Shown: positions 57,237 to 64,000 of the stretch, piece after piece
Layout of the letters: the number at the start of each line of letters is the position of its first letter
Numbering within the stretch: position 1 is the stretch's first letter
Source of the DNA: an uncultured Oscillospiraceae bacterium
GTDB taxonomy: Bacteria; Bacillota; Clostridia; Oscillospirales; CAG-382
Length of the DNA stretch: 64,000 nucleotides
Assembly (NCBI GenBank): GCA_964509125.1
Contig: CAZDVZ010000001.1
Coordinates: 7,070-71,069 of the forward strand
Direction: 5' to 3'
The notes under the pieces: model-generated
What the model was told of the DNA's origin: nothing
Databases searched by the model: none
What the model saw: only the letters and a program-made list of their open reading frames with translations
Translations under genes and position numbers: made by a program

Positions 57237-57264
57237 GATACAGATCAACCTGTATCATAATTTA
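57237..57264 (+). promoter_or_regulatory. 7-bp inverted repeat GATACAG-N6-CTGTATC abutting a sigma-K-like -10 (CATAATTTA)
   Basis: Read directly. CATAnnnTA matches the mother-cell sigma-K -10 consensus from memory. The -35 (AC) spacing is not convincing. Confidence 0.3.
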
Positions 57265-57289
57265 AAGTATAATATGGGAGGAATATCTC

Positions 57290-58138
57290 ATGGGTGAAAA
57301 ACAAACCCTCGGCGGTTTTTGTTCAAAATCCACCGATCCACTTTGCTGTATCAGCGTGAATAAAGTTTTTGACTCTGCAAAAGACAAAGATTGCCTTGAA
57401 GATGTAAAAGTCTACATTCCGGACTGCTACCAAGAGCTTTTAGACAGAGCCACCGCGATTAGAAGCAAATCAATAAATGTTGCGGGCACAAATATCAACA
57501 TTGAATCTGTCCCCTTCAACAAAGGATTTTATCAAGTTTGCATACGATATTATTTCTGCGTAACTTTTGAAGTTTGTGTATGCGGCGGAAAATCTCAAGA
57601 ATTTTCCGGCCTTGCCATTTTTGATAAAAAAATTATATTGTTCGGAAGTGAAAAAAACGTAAGTATTTTCAAATCCAATCCTGAAGAAAACAATTTCTGT
57701 TCTGATATCAGTGATATCAGGTGCGACGTTCAGCCTACACTTCCCACAGTAGTGGTTGAAGTTGCAGATCCTATTTGCCTCGACGTTAAAATCGTCGAAA
57801 AATGCCAAAACTTTGGGAATTGCCGCACTCACATCGATACCATTCCCGACTGCATCCGCGGATATTTTGACGGTAATATTGTTGACGGCTACGGTGTAAA
57901 CGAACTTTTCGTATCCATCGGCGTTTTTTCAATTATACGCATGGAACGTCCTGTCCAAATCGTAATACCCGCCGCCACGTTCTGTCTCCCAGAAAAAGAC
58001 AGCACACCTTGTGACACCGCAACCAATCCTTGCAGCATTTTCAGTAAAATGAATTTTCCTTTGCAAGAATTTTTCCCTTACACGGACGACTGTTGCCTCA
58101 GCTTGCCTCAAGACAATAAGGGTAGATGCAGATCATAA
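57290..58138 (+). CDS. cysteine-rich protein of unknown function (21 Cys / 282 aa, no signal peptide); candidate spore coat/exosporium component
   Basis: RBS GGGAGG. Cys counted by hand, including CC pairs at both ends (DPLCCISV, DDCCLSL) and CVC. The function is inference only. Confidence 0.7.
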   Translation: MGEKQTLGGFCSKSTDPLCCISVNKVFDSAKDKDCLEDVKVYIPDCYQELLDRATAIRSKSINVAGTNINIESVPFNKGFYQVCIRYYFCVTFEVCVCGGKSQEFSGLAIFDKKIILFGSEKNVSIFKSNPEENNFCSDISDIRCDVQPTLPTVVVEVADPICLDVKIVEKCQNFGNCRTHIDTIPDCIRGYFDGNIVDGYGVNELFVSIGVFSIIRMERPVQIVIPAATFCLPEKDSTPCDTATNPCSIFSKMNFPLQEFFPYTDDCCLSLPQDNKGRCRS

Positions 58139-58190
58139 AGTTTTGCCCTTCTTACAACGGAAATACCTTTTTATAACAATTTTCAAAGAA

Positions 58191-59252
58191 AGGTGCTGTT
58201 GCATTAAGCGACGGTCAAAAACAAAAAAAGGTGGATGCTCATTACCGAAAGGTATTGAGTATCCACTCGCTTTATGATATAATGGAATTGACGAAAAACC
58301 ATACATAAAGCGAGGTAATTATACAACAATGAGAGCAAGAAGTCAAGTAGTTTTACCATTAGATTTAGAAATAAAAATAAAAAAAGATGATAAAGTGTTT
58401 TTAATGCACGAAATATGCGAACAATTGGATTATACAGCATTGTATAAAACATATTTGCGAAAATGGAGAAAAATAGATCCGTCCGTAATATTTGAATTGA
58501 TAGTATTCGGATATATGAATGGAAAATATTCAAGTCGTGATATAGAGAAAGTGTGCTACAACGATATACGGTTTATGTGGATATTGCAAGGAGAACCAGT
58601 ACCGGATCATACTACCATATGACAAGAAGAAAGATGAATATATTTGTCCACGTGGTGACAAATTGTTTTTAAGTGGCATTGGTCACAGAAAAACCGCAAA
58701 CGGATATGAAACGAGAACAAAATACTACCGAAACGAAAGTTGTGGTAGTTGCCCACACTTTGGAAAATGTCATAGTTCTAAAAAGGGATTCAGAACGATT
58801 AAGGTTACAGAAAACTTCAATGAATTTAGAAAAAAAGCCTATGAGAACATAACATCGGAAGAAGGAATATTACTCAGAGTTAATCGTTCGATACAAGTTG
58901 AAGGTGCTTTTGGAGTATCAAAACAAGATTATGGTTTCAGAAGATTTTTGATAAGAGGAAAGAAGAATATTGAAACTCAATTTTTTCTTCTTGCTTTTGC
59001 ATTTAACGTAAATAAGTTGTATAGCAAGAAAAAATCAGGTAGAATTGGTATAGATTTGTTCCAACTTGAAGCATCATAGACAATTTTAAAATCGAATATT
59101 TAGCCTTAAAAAAGAGGTTTTTACACCTCTCTTTTCGTCGTACAATTTTTATCCTCTTTTTGAGGATTTTTTTGTTTTTTGCATCATTTTTTCTCCAACA
59201 AACTAAAAAGCTGTTGCAAGTGCGAATTTTTTTCGCACTTGCAACAGCACCT
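58191..59252 (+). mobile_element. IS1182-family insertion sequence remnant, internally deleted (about 1.06 kb)
   Basis: Perfect 13-bp terminal inverted repeats AGGTGCTGTTGCA at 58191-58203 and 59240-59252 (reverse complement). Transposase N- and C-terminal fragments lie between them. Confidence 0.8.
58329..59079 (+). pseudogene. IS1182-family transposase lacking the central DDE region and frameshifted at the junction
   Basis: The N-terminal fragment ends ...FMWILQGEPVPDHTTI*. The C-terminal fragment resumes in another frame as YDKKKDEYICPRGDKL...CGSCPHFGKC...GFRRFLIRGKKNIETQFFLLAFAFNVNKL. The junction is near 58615-58625. Confidence 0.8.
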
Positions 59253-59476
59253 GTTTTTGCATACTGTGTTATTATAAGTACTGTTATTGTTGGTACAAAC
59301 CAATATCCACCAGAATGACCGCCACGTGCAACACCAAAACGAACCTCATTCTCGGAAAGCTCAACAATATAATCGTCAAAGTAGAAAAACTTTTGATTGT
59401 TGTTAGGGTATTCATTTAATTGATTCAAAAACATTTCCTTTGTTCCTGAAAAGTCAAACGAATAACTCTTTGACAC
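59253..59476 (-). pseudogene. 5' fragment of a small gene interrupted by the IS
   Basis: GTG at 59476 follows AAGGCGGTGA. MSKSYSFDFSGTKEMFLNQLNEYPNNNQKFFYFDDYIVELSENEVRFGVARGGHSGGYWFVPTI... reads straight into the IS inverted repeat at 59252. Confidence 0.55.
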
Positions 59477-59500
59477 AAAATCACCGCCTTATTGATGCTA

Positions 59501-60373
59501 TTAGGACATATCTCGTGTGCTATACCCATATTTTAAAATCTGTTTTTGCAGTTTATTAAAACGAGATATCGTATTATCCTTTGAAATAAACTCAATAAAC
59601 TTGTTTCTCTCAATGAACTTAATCATAATCGGCTTGGGCGATGTGTAGAAAGTAAAGGAAAGGTCTGTGATTTCTCTTTCTCCGACACACTTTCCCAAAC
59701 CGCCTTCTGTTTGCTTGAAATTATATTCACATTCTTTGAAATTGATAAAACCAAATGTTTTAAGTGAGATTCCCGCCTTGTTTATGCCCGTGATTTCATT
59801 TTCGGTGCAAGCATCATAATCTTCAAAAGAAATGGGATTGATTTTCGGAATATCATCCATAATTGAAATTGCTTTGTCATATAGCGAATACCATTCGGCA
59901 ACAAAAGCACTATATCCGTCCTTATCAAAATCGTCTTCAAATTCACGGGGCGGGTTCGACTTATAGAAGTCCATTACTTGTTTAGCAAAAGATATTACCG
60001 CATTTTTATATTCCTTAAAAGGAATGCGGTGTTCGGTATTATTCGCCGTTATAATAGTAATGTTTTCTTCTTCGTGGATAATGTTGAAATCAACTCCATT
60101 ATTGCAACCGATAATGTTTACAGACATTTTATCCTCGGACGGAATCATTGTATGGCCGCAACAAGGTATCAAGAATTCTTCTGCACCCATAAAATGATTT
60201 TCAAAGAGAGTATGTAAAAATCTATATGCAGAAGCACTTACACACCACTCTGTGTCATCAGATAGCAATTGTTCTCCGATTCTAAAAATAACTTTTCCGT
60301 GAATACAACAATCATATGCTTGTTCTTTTTCGTTATCGCCACGAAAGAACATATCACCTGCATACAGCTCCAT
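59501..60373 (-). CDS. hypothetical protein (290 aa)
   Basis: Clean ORF with no motif I recognise. 24 nt upstream of the interrupted small gene on the same strand. Noticeably AT-rich by eye. Confidence 0.65.
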   Translation of the reverse strand: MELYAGDMFFRGDNEKEQAYDCCIHGKVIFRIGEQLLSDDTEWCVSASAYRFLHTLFENHFMGAEEFLIPCCGHTMIPSEDKMSVNIIGCNNGVDFNIIHEEENITIITANNTEHRIPFKEYKNAVISFAKQVMDFYKSNPPREFEDDFDKDGYSAFVAEWYSLYDKAISIMDDIPKINPISFEDYDACTENEITGINKAGISLKTFGFINFKECEYNFKQTEGGLGKCVGEREITDLSFTFYTSPKPIMIKFIERNKFIEFISKDNTISRFNKLQKQILKYGYSTRDMS

Positions 60374-60490
60374 ATACTCACTCCCATTGTTTTATCATTA
60401 TACCATAAAACATTCAAAATTTCAATGTCTCCACAATCTTCATGAGTTATAACGATTCTTATAGAATCTTATGGCTCAACTTTTTTATGA

Positions 60491-61411
60491 TTACTGTTTC
60501 AGGTAATTTCGAATTTCCTTTTCCGTAGGTAATGCTTCAAACCCGCCTTCTCTTCCATGGGTGATGGCGCTTGCAACAGCTCCAAACTGCACAGACCCTT
60601 TAATGTCTTCGGTTCTTAAAAAACTCACAGTTAAAGCCGAAAGAAAAGCCTCTCTCCCTCCGCGGAAATTTACTACGGATATATCGTCAAGCGGCATAAT
60701 AAAATCGCAATACTTTCCGTCGTATATGTAGTATCCCTTATCCTGCATATCAACAACGGTAAACCGCACTTTGACCTTTGAATTAAGCTTTATGCAACCG
60801 TTCATGCGATCATCAATACTTTTTATGGGAACGCCGGTTAATTCTGATAGATTTTCATCGCTCAAAACCATAATATCAACATTTTTCAAAGCGGACAAAT
60901 CCATATCTTCTTTTGCACCCGTTGCATCTAAAATGAATTTTGAATTTTGGATGCCCACACAATGATCCACTGTGCATACCGTTTCAAAAGGAAGTTCAAG
61001 TGTGGTAATAACAGCATCGGGCATTACGTTGAACGATGCCTCAACATCCGTGTTGTTAATCAAACGGCTTGCTCCGGGAATATATATTTCGCTCCCTTTT
61101 TCTTCTTCAAAAGAAATCCTCATAGAAGTCTGCCCCTTACGGCAACTTTTGATATACCTGGTTTCTACTCCCTCATCAAAAAAAATTTCGGTAAAAGTGT
61201 TTCCAAACATATCATCGCCCAACGCGGTGCAAAGCATGGCGCCCCATCCAAGACGAGCTATGGCTATGGCGGTAGTAGCGCCTCTGCCGCCGGCAGAAAA
61301 TCTGTACCTTTCAGCCTCAAGTCTTTTCTTGCCTTCGCAAGAAACAAAGGGCGCAGAAATCCGCAGATCAATGGTGGAAAGTCCAATAGTTAAAATGTTT
61401 CCTCTGATCAT
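60491..61411 (-). CDS. PfkB/ribokinase-family protein with divergent catalytic motif
   Basis: N-terminal GLSTIDL and GGRGATTA fit ribokinase motifs. The usual DTxGAGD position reads NFRGGRE. Confidence 0.7.
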   Translation of the reverse strand: MIRGNILTIGLSTIDLRISAPFVSCEGKKRLEAERYRFSAGGRGATTAIAIARLGWGAMLCTALGDDMFGNTFTEIFFDEGVETRYIKSCRKGQTSMRISFEEEKGSEIYIPGASRLINNTDVEASFNVMPDAVITTLELPFETVCTVDHCVGIQNSKFILDATGAKEDMDLSALKNVDIMVLSDENLSELTGVPIKSIDDRMNGCIKLNSKVKVRFTVVDMQDKGYYIYDGKYCDFIMPLDDISVVNFRGGREAFLSALTVSFLRTEDIKGSVQFGAVASAITHGREGGFEALPTEKEIRNYLKQ

Positions 61412-61439
61412 TTTACGCTCCTTTCACAAACCTAAAACC

Positions 61440-62216
61440 TTATTTTTTTCCGGCGAATCCGGAATAATACTCGGTTTTTCCGTAAAGGCTTTCGGGCGTT
61501 GTACTCAAATCTCCCTCGATGATAAAATATCCGTCATTCTCTTTAAACAAAAGCTGATGAGACTCCCATTTTCCATCTTCTTTCACGCTTGCCTTTTGAA
61601 CAGCTACATATCCGTCATTTGTTACAATTATTTCGTGAAAAAACTTTTCTTCTCCGTCGGAGTTGTAAGAAGTAAATTTAATTGCTCTTGTTTCTTCGTT
61701 AAACAAAATTTCATGATTTTTCAACGTAGAATCAGCGGTAAGCGTGCCGTTTATCCGATAACTTCCTGTTTTACTTCTTGCTACCGATTCGATGTTATTC
61801 AAAAAAGAAGTTTTTCCGTTTTCAAAATCAATAGCGGCAGTCAACGATGATGAAATCTCAGTGCTGGAAAACCAGTTTTTCAGAAAATCGACTTTATTTT
61901 TCTCAGTGCCTTGGTCAAGAACATCAAACTCCTCGGGAAGATCAGTAACAAGTATTCCCGACTTAAAATCTTTGAATGCTTCACTTGTATACCAGGTTTT
62001 GTACGCTGTCAAAAATTTCAATTCGGCTGCTGATTGGCTTGAAGTACTGTCCCCCGAAGGTTTGGAAACGGTATTATCCTGCCCGGTTTTTTCAACATTA
62101 CTTTGTTCGTTAAAATTACCTTCATCTTCATCTTTAGAGCTGCAAGAAACTAAAGCAAGTGTCATCGAAACAGCCAAAGAAACAATTAATATTTTCAAAA
62201 CAAAATTAAGTTTCAT
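61440..62216 (-). CDS. lipoprotein of unknown function
   Basis: Lipobox LALVSCSS followed by an acidic linker. Start ambiguous (ATG at 62216 or GTG at 62231). Confidence 0.65.
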   Translation of the reverse strand: MKLNFVLKILIVSLAVSMTLALVSCSSKDEDEGNFNEQSNVEKTGQDNTVSKPSGDSTSSQSAAELKFLTAYKTWYTSEAFKDFKSGILVTDLPEEFDVLDQGTEKNKVDFLKNWFSSTEISSSLTAAIDFENGKTSFLNNIESVARSKTGSYRINGTLTADSTLKNHEILFNEETRAIKFTSYNSDGEEKFFHEIIVTNDGYVAVQKASVKEDGKWESHQLLFKENDGYFIIEGDLSTTPESLYGKTEYYSGFAGKK

Positions 62217-62301
62217 AAATTTATAATACACCTCACTAAATTTTTTTAGTTAATTATAACACATATTATTTCAATTTTCAACTGTTTTTTTAAAAAAGCG
62301 G

Positions 62302-62330
62302 TTTACAAAAGATAGAAAATATTGTATACT
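62302..62330 (+). promoter_or_regulatory. sigma-A-type promoter for the serine hydrolase gene
   Basis: TTTACA, 17 nt spacer, TATACT. Confidence 0.55.
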
Positions 62331-62380
62331 GACATCATGGATAATAATCTTTAACAAAATACATAGAGGTGATGCGGTCA

Positions 62381-63502
62381 ATGGAAAAAAACACATATTT
62401 TAATAAAACCTGCAAATTAATAGAAGAAGGCATAGAAAAACGATTTTTCCCCTCTGCCGTATGTGCTATGGGAGACAAAGACGGACTTATCTTTAAAAAA
62501 GCATTCGGGTTTTCTCGTTGGTTTTCCGACGACGCACCGTGTTTTGATGTCACGCCGAACAAAATCCCCGAAAATGCCGTTTTATGCGATGTGGATTGCC
62601 TTTATGATATGGCTTCGTGCAGTAAAATTTTAGGAACTACAATGCTCGCTTTAAAAGCCTTGGAAGAAGGAGAAATCACTCTCCGTGATTCTCTTTGGAG
62701 ATTTTTCGACAATGTTCCCGACGATAAACGAGACATTGAAATTTTCGACATTATGACTCATAGAGGAGGTTTTGCTCCATGGTTTGACATAGAAAAAGTA
62801 GGATTCGCTCCGGAAGATGCGGCGAAGGCGATTTTCTCTGTTCCTCTCCAATACAAAACGGGAACAGAGGTTAGATATACTTGCATGGGGTACATTTTGT
62901 TTGGAAAACTCCTTGAAAAAGTTTACGGAGAACCCTTAGACGTTGCCGCGGAAAAACACGTTTTTTCTCCACTTAGAATGAACAATACAATGTACACCCC
63001 CATAAAGCGAAACTACAGCGGTCAAATCGCCCCAACAGAATACTGCGAAAAGCTTGGTAAATACAAAGAAGGAATTGTTCACGACGAAAACTCATGTTTT
63101 CTCAATGGAATTTCGGGGAACGCAGGAGTATTTTCTACGGCGGAAGACGTGGCAAAATTATGTACTGCTTTGGGAAACAACAGTTTCCTTTCGAAGCGTA
63201 CAATGGATGTTGCGAGAATAAACTACACAGCGTCTATTCCGGGAGAAGACAGAGGATTAGGGTTTGTCACCAAAGGCGAAAGATTCTCTTCTTCAGGTGA
63301 CCTTTTCTCATCCTGCTCTGTGGGACATACAGGGTACACCGGCACTTTCTTTTTCATTGACAGAGAAACTTCATTTTACTTTATTTTACTTACAAACAGG
63401 GTTCACTTTACAAGAGAAAACAATCTTTTACTAAGGCATAGACGAAAAATGTGCAACTGCGCAATAACGGAATATTTTAAGGTCAAAGGGGATAACAAAT
63501 GA
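62381..63502 (+). CDS. serine hydrolase (beta-lactamase class C / PBP4*-like family)
   Basis: SxxK present as ASCSKILG, plus HTGYTG near the C-terminus. The ATG at 62381 lies 8 nt after GAGGTGA. Confidence 0.85.
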   Translation: MEKNTYFNKTCKLIEEGIEKRFFPSAVCAMGDKDGLIFKKAFGFSRWFSDDAPCFDVTPNKIPENAVLCDVDCLYDMASCSKILGTTMLALKALEEGEITLRDSLWRFFDNVPDDKRDIEIFDIMTHRGGFAPWFDIEKVGFAPEDAAKAIFSVPLQYKTGTEVRYTCMGYILFGKLLEKVYGEPLDVAAEKHVFSPLRMNNTMYTPIKRNYSGQIAPTEYCEKLGKYKEGIVHDENSCFLNGISGNAGVFSTAEDVAKLCTALGNNSFLSKRTMDVARINYTASIPGEDRGLGFVTKGERFSSSGDLFSSCSVGHTGYTGTFFFIDRETSFYFILLTNRVHFTRENNLLLRHRRKMCNCAITEYFKVKGDNK

Positions 63503-64000
63503 AAAAACAAATAAATCCGGGAACACTTCTCACTCCGCTTCCCGCTGTAATTGTTACTTGCGGGACAATGGAAAACTCAAACGCCATAACCGTTGCATGG
63601 ACGGGAATAATCAATTCTACACCGCCTATGCTATATATTTCCCTGCGTCCCGAAAGGCATTCGTTTGAAATTATTAAAAATTCAGGTGAGTTTGTAGTAA
63701 ATCTTACCACAAGTGCGCTCACTTTTGCTACGGATTTTTGCGGAGTAAGATCGGGTAGAGATGTGGATAAGTTTAAAACACTCGGACTGACAAAACAAAA
63801 AGCAAATTTAGTTGAAGCTCCAATCATTGCAGAATCTCCCGTCGCTTTGGAATGTAAAGTTACGGAAATTAAAGAACTTGGAAGCCACCATATGTTTATA
63901 GCTAAAATTTTATGTGTGGATGCAGAAGAAAAATATTTTGATTCCAAAGGTAAACTTAATTTTGAGCAAATGGGACTTATTACTTATTCTCACGGAACAT
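63499..64000 (+). CDS. flavin reductase-like (DIM6/NTAB family) protein, 3' end off-window
   Basis: Not in the track because it runs off the right edge. The ATG overlaps the upstream stop (ATGA). Hand translation gives MKKQINPGTLLTPLPAVIVTCGTMENSNAITVAWTGIINSTPPMLYISLRPERHSFEIIKNSGEFVVNL... Confidence 0.8.
   Translation, partial: MKKQINPGTLLTPLPAVIVTCGTMENSNAITVAWTGIINSTPPMLYISLRPERHSFEIIKNSGEFVVNLTTSALTFATDFCGVRSGRDVDKFKTLGLTKQKANLVEAPIIAESPVALECKVTEIKELGSHHMFIAKILCVDAEEKYFDSKGKLNFEQMGLITYSHGT

Noticed and set aside
57268-57273. Perfect TATAAT upstream of the Cys-rich gene.
   Set aside because: It lies only 16 nt from the ATG and 2 nt from the RBS. A transcript starting after it would lack the Shine-Dalgarno sequence. 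The upstream CATAATTTA element is the more plausible -10.
60972-61850. 292-aa plus-strand ORF spanning two genes.
   Set aside because: It is antisense to the PfkB and lipoprotein genes and crosses their intergenic gap. It has no RBS and its composition is atypical.
63483-63947. 154-aa minus-strand ORF at the right edge.
   Set aside because: It is antisense to a well-formed flavin-reductase-like CDS that starts at 63499 with an ATGA overlap and runs off the window.
1-64000. Window-wide look for LPXTG-type sortase motifs, CRISPR arrays, rRNA, tmRNA, RNase P and SRP RNA signatures, and prophage or defence hallmark genes (restriction enzymes, Cas, abortive-infection ATPases).
   Set aside because: None was seen by eye. 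AddAB is the ordinary recombination nuclease. This negative result is limited by manual inspection.

Overview
This 64-kb window looks like chromosome from a low-GC, spore-forming Clostridia-class Firmicute. Supporting genes are spoIIR, CotF-type coat genes, addAB, rny-ymdB, and Gram-positive style RBS, promoter and terminator grammar. I support about 58 protein genes, one tRNA-Leu(GAG), one decayed IS element and several coding tandem repeats. There is no CRISPR array, rRNA or recognisable prophage.

Housekeeping content: rny, ymdB, yajC, tpiA, pgk, secG, ribF, ispE, spoIIR, addB, addA, ftsK, uppP, mscL, a cysteine desulfurase and a GH3 hexosaminidase-like lipoprotein.

Best candidate for an undescribed system: one promoter (about 51295-51322, minus strand) drives a ten-gene, tightly packed operon. 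Its order is DUF1273/SLOG, two xylose-isomerase-like TIM barrels, two Gfo/Idh/MocA oxidoreductases, then a complete glucuronate pathway (uxaC, uxuA, an SDR likely acting as UxuB, eda, kdgK). The operon has no glycosidase, transporter or regulator. I read the four-gene front end as a possible oxidative/eliminative or inositol-type feeder into hexuronate catabolism. This is inference only.

Other points worth a second look:
- A sortase locus with no LPXTG substrate anywhere in the window.
- A family of discoidin-module surface proteins on acidic stalks, one carrying a 10 x 24-bp coding repeat.
- Sec components (SecG, YajC) with unusual extracytoplasmic acidic extensions.
- Four enzyme-fold proteins whose catalytic motifs look degenerate by eye: an RNB nuclease, a PBP5-type carboxypeptidase, a phosphohexomutase-like domain and a PfkB kinase.
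- A 21-Cys candidate spore-surface protein.
- An internally deleted IS1182-family element with intact inverted repeats, inserted into a small orphan two-gene module.

All alignments, folds and coordinates were done by hand. No database search was run.
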